From Candidatus Saccharimonadota bacterium (lineage in GTDB: Bacteria > Patescibacteriota > Saccharimonadia > Saccharimonadales > UBA4665), in contig CP023991.1 of assembly GCA_003516025.1 (NCBI GenBank), positions 240,001 to 272,000 on the forward strand: DNA of 32,000 bases, given 5' to 3'. The notes under the pieces are model-generated. The model made no database searches. It saw nothing but the letters and a program-made list of their open reading frames with translations, and was not told where the DNA came from. Positions 7,946 through 16,741 of this stretch are shown piece after piece; the stretch's first letter is position 1; each line of letters opens with the position of its first letter. A program made the translations under genes and the position numbers.

Positions 7946-9124
7946 CTAAAAATGGATAAATACCAGGTCGCCAGGGAAAATGCGGGCCGTACTGTAACGT
8001 CCGTTCCAGTTGGAGTTATACTGCGAAATATTGATTGAGCCATCACTGTTTACTGAATCGACGTACATGACATGGCCGTAGGTGCCAGTGTTGCGGACAG
8101 CCACATCGCCGGCGCGTGGGTTGCCATCTACTGGAATGCCGTCGGCCCGGGCGTTGTCGTCCCATTGTTTGGCGTTACCGAAACCGCCCCAGTATGGCAT
8201 ATGTCGGCCAGAAGCACTGACAGCCCAGGCAGTATATGATACGCATTGGCGTTGATACATGCCCCATGGGTCGGGAATGTCATTAGGCCACGGAGCATTG
8301 GCGTAGGGGTAATTCGCGCCATTAATAGCGTTGACCCCGGCCGGGGCAGCTAGTTTGGTGGTTGGGCCACTGGCAGCAGCCTGCTGGCGAAGGAAGGCGG
8401 CGTTTTCGGCAGCCTGCTGTTTTTGGAGTTGAGAGATCTGTGAATTATTAGCTGCGATCGTGGCGCTGTACTGGGCTTGCTGCGACTGATTCATGGCGAG
8501 CAGCTCATCAAGTTGGGATTTTTGGCTGGCCGTCTGTGACTGCATCGTTTTATTGTCTTCCAGTAATTGGTCAACTTGATCTTTCTGCTTTTGCTCTTGA
8601 GCCTTAAGGCTATTGATGCGATCCAGGCCCTCTTTTACGCTTGCTTGAGCCGAGATGGTGTATTGTTCGCGGTCGACATATTCGCTGAGATTCTTACTTG
8701 AGGCCATCATCTCGAGCATGCTCATATCGTTTTCTATGTATAATTTGCGAACGCTCTGCGCTAAGATATGCTGCTGCTCGGCAATTTTGGCCTGTGTCTC
8801 GGCAATTTTTTGACTAATACGGGCTTGCTCAGCCTGGTTTACGCTTATTTGCGTACTTAAATTCGAAAGTGTCCTCTGTAGGGAACTTATCTGACCTTCT
8901 AGTGTAGTGGCGGTTGTTTGTAAGTCTGTCTTCGTGGACTGATTAGCGGCATTCTGGTTTTGGAGGTTTTTGATTTGGGTATTGTAGTCTACCGCTGCGG
9001 CGGTCGAGGTGACGGAAGTCGCTGCTATGGTCGCTACCGCTAGCAGTAGTGATACTGTTTTTACGTTTATATTTTTCTTAGTACAAAAACGCGCGTAAGA
9101 AAGAAAACCCATGACCCCCCTCAA
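7946..9124 (-). CDS. PcsB-like secreted peptidoglycan hydrolase (coiled coil + C-terminal CHAP domain)
   Basis: Signal/TM segment, about 200 aa of Gln-rich heptad-like coiled coil, then CHAP motifs QCVSYTAWAV (Cys) and GHVMYVDSV (His). Confidence 0.8.
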   Translation of the reverse strand: MRGVMGFLSYARFCTKKNINVKTVSLLLAVATIAATSVTSTAAAVDYNTQIKNLQNQNAANQSTKTDLQTTATTLEGQISSLQRTLSNLSTQISVNQAEQARISQKIAETQAKIAEQQHILAQSVRKLYIENDMSMLEMMASSKNLSEYVDREQYTISAQASVKEGLDRINSLKAQEQKQKDQVDQLLEDNKTMQSQTASQKSQLDELLAMNQSQQAQYSATIAANNSQISQLQKQQAAENAAFLRQQAAASGPTTKLAAPAGVNAINGANYPYANAPWPNDIPDPWGMYQRQCVSYTAWAVSASGRHMPYWGGFGNAKQWDDNARADGIPVDGNPRAGDVAVRNTGTYGHVMYVDSVNSDGSINISQYNSNWNGRYSTARIFPGDLVFIHF

Positions 9125-9225
9125 GTTACCTACACACTATAGCAACCATAAACATATACAACAAGTTATTATTTTAGTCAAAATGCTTATGCTAGATATA
9201 TAGTTCAACGGCTTAAGTACAGGGG

Positions 9226-9621
9226 TCATTCAAATGTATGGCGCACTAATTCCAGCAGCTGCCGCGGCGATAAGTCGGCCTTCACGGCACTACTGTAGGC
9301 GCCGAGACGCAGAGCTTCCGTTAACATGTCTCCCGATGACAGATTGCTGAGGACGATCACTTTAGTGTCGCTGGTATTATGGAATTTTTTCAAAAAACCT
9401 ATGCCGTCAATTTGCGGCATCATAAGATCGAGTAAAATGAGGTCAAAGTGTGACGCCTTTGTTTGGTCAAGCGCCTCCTGGCCGTTCGCGGCGATAGTAA
9501 CCTCATATGGTCCTGTGGACAGGATGATGTGATAGGTCGCGCGTAGCACTTCCTCGTCTTCGACTATAAGTATGGTGTGCATTGGTGTTTTACTTATCTC
9601 CGTATGGTAAACCGCCACCAT
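9226..9621 (-). CDS. Stand-alone response-regulator receiver (CheY-like) protein
   Basis: ILIVEDEE...DLILLDLMMPQIDG...KVIVLSN...K pattern with no output domain. The likely start is the internal MHTILIVEDE (about 9582). Confidence 0.85.
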   Translation of the reverse strand: MVAVYHTEISKTPMHTILIVEDEEVLRATYHIILSTGPYEVTIAANGQEALDQTKASHFDLILLDLMMPQIDGIGFLKKFHNTSDTKVIVLSNLSSGDMLTEALRLGAYSSAVKADLSPRQLLELVRHTFE

Positions 9622-9663
9622 AGTGAAATAATGTGAAAATTCTTACTTGTTAACCATGTGCGG

Positions 9664-10398
9664 CTACAGTTGGGCTTTCGCGAATACCACCAGATTATTG
9701 GAATAGTGCCGTGTCACGTAGTCAAACGTGCCATCACAGGTGATGAGCCGGAGTCCCGGATAATCGAGGTTTCCGTATACTTCCTGTGTTGGAAAATTGT
9801 GCTGGTCATAGCTGGCGGATTTTTCAACAGTGAAGTTGACGGCGCTGCCATCTTGGCGGTTTACCGTTATAGTATCGCCGGTTTTTACGTCTCGCAATGA
9901 CCAAAAAACGGCCTCGCCGTATATACTGCTGTCCAAATGGCCGTCAATGATAGCCGGACCGACTTCACCGGGTGTAGGCGCGCCAGTGTACCAACCGGCC
10001 TTGTCGTGCTCAGGGACTTCCAGGGCGCCATTTTCATCAAGCCCCACACCAACCAGGTTGGCATCTAGGTTGATGGCTGGGATTTGCAACCGTGTTGGCT
10101 CCGAGCGTTGTAGCCCGGCAGGCTTAACGACCGCCGGAGTAACGGGCAGAGGAGGCTGTTGGGTAGTTGAACTGGTTGGTGAATGCCGCGCCTCAACTAA
10201 GGACGCCGTAAGTTGCGCCGAGCCGGCAATAGTGATTATAAAAAGTAAAACCGTCAGGCTGTATGAAACAATTTTCTGAGTGGGCCATGAAGATAGTTCA
10301 CTCTTCAGCTGTTGCAAGGCGAATGCGTGACGCAAAGGAGTAATAAATCGCAGTTTCTCCAGATCATGAGGCTTGAGTATGTCGGTGGTATGGGGCAT
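9664..10398 (-). CDS. Class F sortase
   Basis: N-terminal TM anchor, TRLQIPAINLDANLVGVGLD, AGWYTGAPTPGEVGPAIIDGHLD (catalytic His) and LRLITCDG (catalytic Cys). Confidence 0.8.
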   Translation of the reverse strand: MPHTTDILKPHDLEKLRFITPLRHAFALQQLKSELSSWPTQKIVSYSLTVLLFIITIAGSAQLTASLVEARHSPTSSTTQQPPLPVTPAVVKPAGLQRSEPTRLQIPAINLDANLVGVGLDENGALEVPEHDKAGWYTGAPTPGEVGPAIIDGHLDSSIYGEAVFWSLRDVKTGDTITVNRQDGSAVNFTVEKSASYDQHNFPTQEVYGNLDYPGLRLITCDGTFDYVTRHYSNNLVVFAKAQL

Positions 10399-10463
10399 AT
10401 GGTTTCCTGTAGCTAAGTGGAGCGGCCGCTAGGCAGCCGCTCCAGACAAACACTTGCCGCTGG

Positions 10464-11057
10464 CTAGGCGACTGACTTGAACTGCTTGCGCAAACGGGCG
10501 ATTGCCCAGGCGCCGCTGGCAGTTGTCAACGCTACCAAACTCGCGAGATAGGTCTGGCTGCCGGCACCGGCACCGACGGCGCCGCTTGGTACGGTAACCT
10601 GCGCGACTTCACTGACAGTTGCTTCGCCTCCACCACGGCCGCCGCTTACAGCCGTCGTAGTAGTAGTTGGAGTAGCTGTGCCGCCTCCATCACCGCCACC
10701 GTTGCCACCGCTTGGCTGAGTCGTCGTACAAGCGTTGCTGCCATTATTGGTTATAACGGAATTAAAATTGGTATTACTGGAGTTGTTGGCATTGCCGCTG
10801 CCAACATTGCGGACGTCATCACTATCTTTAACCCCAACATTGCCGGACTGGGCGTCCTGAGGATTGTTATTGACCATGTCAATCCAGTTGTTATTAGAGG
10901 TATAAGCGTTACACTTATTTTCTACGGTGATCACGTTTACTGATTTATCGCCTGAATTGTCGATAAGCGCGTCCGCGTTGGCTACGCCGCCGCTAAACAT
11001 TAAACAGCCAAGGACTGCTGCGGTTGAACCTGTCGCTCTGAGTGCGGAAATTTTCAT
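10464..11057 (-). CDS. Secreted Asn/Gly/Thr-rich protein with a C-terminal hydrophobic segment and basic tail
   Basis: Signal peptide ending ANA-DA, low-complexity NNS/GGG regions, and the C-terminus YLASLVALTTASGAWAIARLRKQFK. No canonical LPXTG motif. Confidence 0.5.
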   Translation of the reverse strand: MKISALRATGSTAAVLGCLMFSGGVANADALIDNSGDKSVNVITVENKCNAYTSNNNWIDMVNNNPQDAQSGNVGVKDSDDVRNVGSGNANNSSNTNFNSVITNNGSNACTTTQPSGGNGGGDGGGTATPTTTTTAVSGGRGGGEATVSEVAQVTVPSGAVGAGAGSQTYLASLVALTTASGAWAIARLRKQFKSVA

Positions 11058-11414
11058 AAGACCCTCCTATGGTTTGTATGTACTCCTATTTCAGTCGCAC
11101 GCGCACGAAGTGTCTGTTAAATATTAGACCGAGCTTCAAACCACCACAGTTAATAACCTAGGCTTTATTGCTGCCGAGGCAGAATAAGCGGTCATAAGAC
11201 AGAGCTTTAATCTTATAGGGGGACGATCCAACTTGTTCAATACCCCAGCCATAGTACAGGGTCGTCCCGGGGGTATCGTTGCAGCGGCTGGCAGGGCTTA
11301 TTTTGCTGACATTATCTGCTCGTTTCAAGACTTTGTATGCGGCTAGCGCGTCAGAGCAGGCTAACTTTTTGGCGTTGAGGTGGCTGAGGGATATTTTTCT
11401 GTATGAGCTCCTGT

Positions 11415-11702
11415 TTAGTTACCGCTTTTGTGTAGGCCGTCTAATCGAAGAGTATTACTTTCGTCGCTATGCGTGCCGCCGCGGCCCACGTGCTTGTCGC
11501 TGATTTGCGAGCCGTTTTTGATAACATGTACGAGCGCCATGGCGTGGCCGCGGCCCAGTCCATATTCATCCTTAAGCCATGATACAATTTCACCTGCTTT
11601 CGTATTAGAGTCAAAACCCTTTTTTGTAGCTAGCTCAATAAACTCATTGGGTGTTTTGCCGGTCTTTTTTTCGATGTTGTCCAAGTATGCTTGGAATGAC
11701 AT
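11415..11702 (-). CDS. DUF4287 domain protein
   Basis: MSFQAYLDNIEKKTGKTPNEFIELA...IVSWLKDEYGLGRGHAMALVHVI matches my memory of the DUF4287 family. Confidence 0.65.
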   Translation of the reverse strand: MSFQAYLDNIEKKTGKTPNEFIELATKKGFDSNTKAGEIVSWLKDEYGLGRGHAMALVHVIKNGSQISDKHVGRGGTHSDESNTLRLDGLHKSGN

Positions 11703-11703
11703 A

Positions 11704-12066
11704 TTAAGCCTCCTTGTCTATTTCACTAATCCTGCATGTAAGTATCTCTTCTATTAACTCATCCGGCAGCGTGTTTTTGAGAGTAAATTTGATAGTGCCT
11801 TTTGAGGTCTGGTACGCGGCAAGCCGTTCGTTAAGCGATGCGGTCGGCCCCGGGGTCGGAAACAAGCTTAAATGATTTTTAAAAGCGGCGTAGTATAGTA
11901 ACGGTTTTTTCTTGTATTTGAAAGTCGGCATCATGTAGCTTACCTCTTCGGTTACTACCGGAACGTACTTTTTCACCAAACTTCTTATTCGTTCAAGCTC
12001 GTTTCTTTCAGGTTCAGGTACATTTTGCAGGTACGCGTCAACAGCTTGCTGGTCTTTGCTTTTCAT
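11704..12066 (-). CDS. DUF1801 (YdhG-like) domain protein
   Basis: 120-aa ORF with a DAYL...P...R..L..IR..V...P...E.ISY.MP.F pattern. A TATAAT box lies 6 nt upstream of the ATG. Confidence 0.65.
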   Translation of the reverse strand: MKSKDQQAVDAYLQNVPEPERNELERIRSLVKKYVPVVTEEVSYMMPTFKYKKKPLLYYAAFKNHLSLFPTPGPTASLNERLAAYQTSKGTIKFTLKNTLPDELIEEILTCRISEIDKEA

Positions 12067-12074
12067 AATGTGAT

Positions 12075-12099
12075 TATAACAAAAGTGACCTCGTTATAA
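12075..12099. repeat. 25-nt repeat TATAACAAAAGTGACCTCGTTATAA (copy of 13713-13737 with 2 mismatches)
   Basis: Direct comparison of the two intergenic regions. On the minus strand it supplies a TGTTATAAT extended -10 directly before the ATG at 12066. Confidence 0.8.
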
Positions 12100-12135
12100 T
12101 GGGGCCTAGATACAGAAGTATATGTAATGACAGTA

Positions 12136-12146
12136 TTGGAGGGCCA
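12136..12146. repeat. TTGGAGGGCCA: copy of the tRNA-Lys 3' end (att-like)
   Basis: The identical 11-mer recurs at 12874-12884. A 10-mer match to 13777-13786 covers the CCA end plus acceptor stem of tRNA-Lys. Confidence 0.7.
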
Positions 12147-12171
12147 CAGTGGAACTTGTCAGGACAAAACT

Positions 12172-12813
12172 TTATTTCACCAATCTTACGTCGGCACCAT
12201 TCATCACCAGTACCTCACCATCGTGAAGTGCCCTATATGGCATATTGTTTTCTTCAAAGTATTGAACGACTTTTTCAATCCCTTCGCTTTCGGGATGCTC
12301 GGAACGATAGTGTGGTGCAATCGAGAACTCTACAAAGCCAAGTCCTTCCCAGATAGTTTCCGTATCATAGCCTTCGGGTATTTGTTCTGGATTATCAACA
12401 AGCTCTATACCTTTTAATGTTTGAGTTGCAACACAACTGCCAGCACTAAAACCGCCATAAACCAGCGTTTCATTGGTGACCAAATCTTTGATGGATCTAT
12501 CAAAGCCACTCATTTTCATGGCTTGGCGTAATGCAAAGGAATTGCCGCCCATTACCCAAACCAGCCCATAGCTTTCAAGTTTGGCTTTTAGTGAGTCGCT
12601 ATCATCAAAATAATCCCGCAAATCTAATTCTTCGGCAGTAAGCCCGATTGTTTTCATTTTTTCTGTTTCGTTTGCTAAATAGGTTGGGCGTTTTTCATTA
12701 CCGTAAATATCTGCTGCATTCATAATAATTCCAACTTTTTTATTGGAGCCAACCAGTTTTGCTAATTCTTCCGGATGATTGCCAAGAAAGTATGACGACA
12801 GATATAACTTCAT
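12172..12813 (-). CDS. Peptidase S51 (dipeptidase E-like) family protein
   Basis: 213-aa ORF with the GGNSFALRQAM and YGGFSAGS nucleophile-elbow pattern of S51 peptidases. Confidence 0.7.
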   Translation of the reverse strand: MKLYLSSYFLGNHPEELAKLVGSNKKVGIIMNAADIYGNEKRPTYLANETEKMKTIGLTAEELDLRDYFDDSDSLKAKLESYGLVWVMGGNSFALRQAMKMSGFDRSIKDLVTNETLVYGGFSAGSCVATQTLKGIELVDNPEQIPEGYDTETIWEGLGFVEFSIAPHYRSEHPESEGIEKVVQYFEENNMPYRALHDGEVLVMNGADVRLVK

Positions 12814-12828
12814 ATGATTACTATACCA

Positions 12829-12859
12829 AATAAAAAGACTCCCCTGACGAGAAGTCTTT
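12829..12859 (-). terminator. Intrinsic terminator after the 12912-13703 gene
   Basis: Minus strand reads AAAGACT-tctcgtcagggg-AGTCTTTTTATTT. Confidence 0.6.
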
Positions 12860-12873
12860 CATAGTGCTTATGC

Positions 12874-12884
12874 TTGGAGGGCCA
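12874..12884. repeat. TTGGAGGGCCA: second internal copy of the tRNA-Lys 3' end
   Basis: Identical to 12136-12146. It lies between two single-gene cassettes. Confidence 0.7.
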
Positions 12885-12911
12885 TTGTCAGCTCTGTAGC
12901 ATCTAATGTAG

Positions 12912-13703
12912 CTAACGGTACAGGCTCGATAAGACCTCACGTAATACTATAATCCTGTCTTCACCAGGTGGCCCTGAATAGCCAGCTTGTGAGCTGACAA
13001 CGAGTACCTGGTTCGGTGATATGCGGTACAAGCCTAGTCGCCAATGTGCTTTTTTTGAGCTACCCGGCAAGTCCTCTCCATCTGGCCCATAAAGGGCAAT
13101 GCGCTCGAGATCTAACTCGTTCGCGATCTTAAACCATTCTTTACCAAAGGCAAATACTTCTTTCAGTTGCATCTCACGAACAGCATCCCAGATATATTTA
13201 CGTATGAGGTCTGCAGGCGGCTGCATCTTACCGTTCACGCCAAATGAATGCCACGGATAAAGTTCGAAATTCAGAATATCATGGATAGAAGCGGTTGGAT
13301 CATTTAGCCATCGCCGAGTGAATCCGATAGCCTTGACCCAGTATTTACTTTTGCCGCCGTGAAACGCATCCCATGACTTGGGATCAGCAGCGGGACTTCG
13401 CTCTAAGCAATAGGTGTAGCCCTGTTTTGCGATTCTTTTCGCCCAAACTCCATTTTTCGATTGTAGATCATCGTAGCCAATACCAGGATTAAGACCAAGT
13501 ATTACAACCCGAGGCTCATGTTGAATGCCACGTATATCACCTACGATCGGATCTGGGTAGTGCCGTAGATCTACTTTACCCACCCCTTTGCCTTGATAGC
13601 TAGCTTGCCAGCGCACAAGGTCAGGATCTGTCATGGGTTTGCCTTCCACCCAGTCCGCTAGGGCCTGGTCCCAAAAGTCTGCAATTCTTGTGCGCGAATC
13701 CAT
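12912..13703 (-). CDS. Hypothetical protein with possible uracil-DNA-glycosylase-superfamily motifs
   Basis: 263-aa ORF. RVVILGLNPG resembles UDG/MUG motif A (GxNPG) and ELYPWHSFG resembles motif B (HPS-type). The functional assignment is weak. Confidence 0.35.
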   Translation of the reverse strand: MDSRTRIADFWDQALADWVEGKPMTDPDLVRWQASYQGKGVGKVDLRHYPDPIVGDIRGIQHEPRVVILGLNPGIGYDDLQSKNGVWAKRIAKQGYTYCLERSPAADPKSWDAFHGGKSKYWVKAIGFTRRWLNDPTASIHDILNFELYPWHSFGVNGKMQPPADLIRKYIWDAVREMQLKEVFAFGKEWFKIANELDLERIALYGPDGEDLPGSSKKAHWRLGLYRISPNQVLVVSSQAGYSGPPGEDRIIVLREVLSSLYR

Positions 13704-13715
13704 AGGGCTTACTAT

Positions 13716-13746
13716 AACAAAAGCGACTTCGTTATAACGAAGTCGC
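13716..13746 (-). terminator. Intrinsic terminator downstream of tRNA-Lys
   Basis: Perfect 9-bp palindrome GCGACTTCG-TTATAA-CGAAGTCGC (13723-13746), followed on the minus strand by TTTTGTT. Confidence 0.6.
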
Positions 13747-13776
13747 TAGATAAGAAAATAGATTTTATAACGGAAC

Positions 13777-13853
13777 TGGAGGGCCAGGAGGGACTCGAAC
13801 CCTCGACACCCTGCTTAAGAGGCAGGTGCTCTAACCGGCTGAGCTACTGGCCC
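13777..13853 (-). tRNA. tRNA-Lys (anticodon CUU)
   Basis: Minus strand reads GGGCCAGTAGCTCAGCCGGTTAGAGCACCTGCCTCTTAAGCAGGGTGTCGAGGGTTCGAGTCCCTCCTGGCCCTCCA. It has a cloverleaf, the anticodon loop CTCTTAA, a GTTCGAG T-loop and an encoded CCA. Confidence 0.9.
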
Positions 13854-13973
13854 GGGCTGTAATTCCAAAGCTAGAATTTTGAATACAACGGAGTTACTTT
13901 AGCAAAAAATGGTAGTTTTGACAAGACATAATACCGGCAGAAACATACACTCCTATCTGTTACAATAATACAA

Positions 13974-14792
13974 ATGAAAATGCTGAATGGACGAGACCTG
14001 GCTGGATTTATTAAGGAGCGGCAGGCGCGCGAGGTGCGGGCCCTGCGCCAGGCTCATGAAATTTTCCCTCAGCTGGCCATTGTCGTCACCGTGGAGAACC
14101 CGGTCATCGACGTGTATATGCGCATGAAGGACCGTTACGGTGCCGACATACTGATAGATGTCGACGTGCACCGCGTGAGCCAGGATGACGCGCCGGCTAC
14201 AATCGCCCGGCTCAATGAGGACCCGTCAGTTCATGGCATTATCGTGCAGCTTCCACTTGAGCGTCCGGCGGAGACTAACCAGATCGTTGATCTGGTAGCA
14301 CCTGAAAAGGATGTCGATGCTCTCGGCAAAAATGCCGTATACGATCCGGCTACTCCCATGGCGATTCTGTGGTTACTGGCCGGCTATAATATAGAACTTC
14401 AGGGCAAAAAAGTCCTGCTGGTCGGCCGCGGCAAGCTGGTTGGCGCGCCCCTCGAAAGAATTTTCCAGGCTTCAGGCATCGATGTGTCGGTGGCAACCCG
14501 CGAGACGCCCGATCTTAAGGCTGAAACGCTACGGGCTGACGTTATCATTACCGCTACGGGCAGTCCGGCGATTCTGTACGCCGATATGATCAAGCGTGGC
14601 GCGGTCGTGGTAGACGCTGGCGTGGCGGGCGAGGAAGGTAAGACGGTCGGCGACCTGGCTGAGGATGTCTACGCGCGCGATGACCTGACACTGACGCCCG
14701 TAAAGGGCGGCGTCGGTCCTTTAACCGTCTGTGCCTTATTTGAAAACACTATCCGGGCCGCCAAAGCTACGGTTAATAAGGATAAAGCATGA
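13974..14792 (+). CDS. folD: Bifunctional methylenetetrahydrofolate dehydrogenase/cyclohydrolase
   Basis: 272-aa ORF with LNGRDLA...GIIVQLPL...VDALG...PATP...VLLVGRGKLVGAPL...PVKGGVGPLT, the canonical FolD layout. Confidence 0.9.
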   Translation: MKMLNGRDLAGFIKERQAREVRALRQAHEIFPQLAIVVTVENPVIDVYMRMKDRYGADILIDVDVHRVSQDDAPATIARLNEDPSVHGIIVQLPLERPAETNQIVDLVAPEKDVDALGKNAVYDPATPMAILWLLAGYNIELQGKKVLLVGRGKLVGAPLERIFQASGIDVSVATRETPDLKAETLRADVIITATGSPAILYADMIKRGAVVVDAGVAGEEGKTVGDLAEDVYARDDLTLTPVKGGVGPLTVCALFENTIRAAKATVNKDKA

Positions 14793-15427
14793 AAATAGGT
14801 GTTTTCGATTCCGGTATCGGTGGTTTGTCCGTGGCGAAGGCTATAGAACGGGCCTTACCTGAAGAGCAGATAGTCTTTCGTAATGATGCTTCCCATGTAC
14901 CGTACGGCACTAAAAAACCCGATATTCTACTGGGTTATGTCGAACCGATCCTGCAAGGCCTGGTAGTTGATGGTTGTGAGGTAATTGTCATCGCCTGCAA
15001 CACGGTTTCGACGACGCTTATCGAAGAATTACGACAACGTGTTTCAGTACCGCTGGTCGCTATGGAGCCGATGGTTAAACCGGCCGCCGGCCAGACAAAG
15101 AGCGGCGTCATCGCCATTTGTGCCACGCCGACGACCCTGAAAAGTGAGCGCTACGCCGCTCTTAAGCGACAATATGCCTCGAATATTAAAGTCTTGGAAC
15201 CCAATTGCAGTACCTGGAGCAAGATGATCGAAGACAAAAAAGTCGACCATGCCCGTATCGCCGATGTCATTACAGATGTCATTACGCTTGGTGCAGACGT
15301 GATTGTACTGGGCTGTACTCATTACCACTGGATTGAAACTGATATCAAAAAAATCGCCGACGGCAAGGCCATTGTACTGCAGCCCGAACAGGCCATTATT
15401 ACACAGCTTAAAAAGCTGCTGTCCTAG
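14789..15427 (+). CDS. murI: Glutamate racemase (short form)
   Basis: KIGVFDSGIGGLSV, IACNTVST (Cys 1) and LGCTHYHW (Cys 2). It overlaps folD by 4 nt (ATGA). Confidence 0.85.
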   Translation: MKIGVFDSGIGGLSVAKAIERALPEEQIVFRNDASHVPYGTKKPDILLGYVEPILQGLVVDGCEVIVIACNTVSTTLIEELRQRVSVPLVAMEPMVKPAAGQTKSGVIAICATPTTLKSERYAALKRQYASNIKVLEPNCSTWSKMIEDKKVDHARIADVITDVITLGADVIVLGCTHYHWIETDIKKIADGKAIVLQPEQAIITQLKKLLS

Positions 15428-16738
15428 CTACAGTGACTGTACTGCCTGCTGGAACTGCGCCGCGCGGTCTTTATAATCTTTGAACATCCCGAAACTGGCA
15501 CAACCGGTCGATAACAATACGACATCACCACTATCAGCTAAATGATGGGCTTTGCTGACGATCTCCTCCATAGTGGTACCGCCAGGGCTAAAAGCGGTAA
15601 AACCAGCCGCTCGGAGTGATGCCTCGATAGCGGGAGCGGTGTCGCCGATAAGCAGCGCGTGCTTAACATTGCCACCGGCAACTACTTGGGCGAGCTCGTC
15701 AAAGCCGGTACCCTTATCTGAACCGCCTAAAATGATAACCTTTGGTTCCTGGAATGCCTGAATAGCCACGATGGCGGTTTCCGGTGTGGTGCCAAACGAA
15801 TCGTCGTAGTAGGCAACGCCGTCCAGTGTGCGGACCAGCTCCAGGCGGTGCTCTAAACCATGGAAGGTCGTAATGACGCTCCGTACGGCTTCGCGGTTTT
15901 CTCCGGTGACTTCCCAGGTGGCGGCAATGGCGGCGCAGACGTTTTGTACGTTATGGGCACCGAGCAGGGCAATTTCATCTACGGCACATATTTCAGTCTC
16001 GCCGAAGTAAATATGTCCATCACGCGTGTATACTTCGCCAAGTTGGGCACTCAATAAGCTATAACCGCGCTGGTGGGCTTGACTGGTAGTGGAGACCTCC
16101 GTAGAAGTCGGATTATCGGCGTTATAAACCATCAGATCATCGGGAGTCTGGCGGATGAACAGCTTGCGCTTGGCATGTACGTAATCAGCAAAATCGGCGT
16201 GCCAGTTGAGGTGTTCGGGGACAATCATCAGGCAAACACCAATTTTGGGCGCGTAGCGGAAGTCGCTGAGTTGGAAGCTGGATAATTCCAGGACGGCCCA
16301 CGAAGCGGCCTGCAACTTCGGTAACAGTTCAAGTACCGGAATGCCGATATTGCCGCCCAGCTGTACGTCTTTGCCGGCGGCCTGCAAAATTTTGGTAATA
16401 AGCGTGCTGGTAGTGCCTTTCCCCTTGGTTCCGGTAATGCCGATGATGTTACGGGTCGGTGACAAGCGGAAAAACTCGTTAACCTGAGTAGTGACTTTGG
16501 CTGGATCCAATCCGGGATTACGGTCAAAAATAAGGTGCGGCGGCAGGCCGGCAGTGCGAACTATAAGGTCAAAGCGGTCTAAATCGTCTAAATAGCGGTC
16601 GCCAAGGACGCTGGCCACATGCGAGGGCAGGGATATGTCAGTTTTCTGATCAAGGATGGTTATGTCGTGGCCCTGGGAGTGGAAATAGTCAAAAGAGGAA
16701 CGGCCTTCGGTGTCAAAGCCAAGAATCGCTATGTTCAT
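15428..16738 (-). CDS. murD: UDP-N-acetylmuramoyl-L-alanine--D-glutamate ligase
   Basis: 436-aa ORF with the ITGTKGKGTTSTL P-loop, GGNIG, HGLEHRLE and YDDSFGTTPE, typical of MurD. Confidence 0.9.
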   Translation of the reverse strand: MNIAILGFDTEGRSSFDYFHSQGHDITILDQKTDISLPSHVASVLGDRYLDDLDRFDLIVRTAGLPPHLIFDRNPGLDPAKVTTQVNEFFRLSPTRNIIGITGTKGKGTTSTLITKILQAAGKDVQLGGNIGIPVLELLPKLQAASWAVLELSSFQLSDFRYAPKIGVCLMIVPEHLNWHADFADYVHAKRKLFIRQTPDDLMVYNADNPTSTEVSTTSQAHQRGYSLLSAQLGEVYTRDGHIYFGETEICAVDEIALLGAHNVQNVCAAIAATWEVTGENREAVRSVITTFHGLEHRLELVRTLDGVAYYDDSFGTTPETAIVAIQAFQEPKVIILGGSDKGTGFDELAQVVAGGNVKHALLIGDTAPAIEASLRAAGFTAFSPGGTTMEEIVSKAHHLADSGDVVLLSTGCASFGMFKDYKDRAAQFQQAVQSL

Positions 16739-16741
16739 CAG

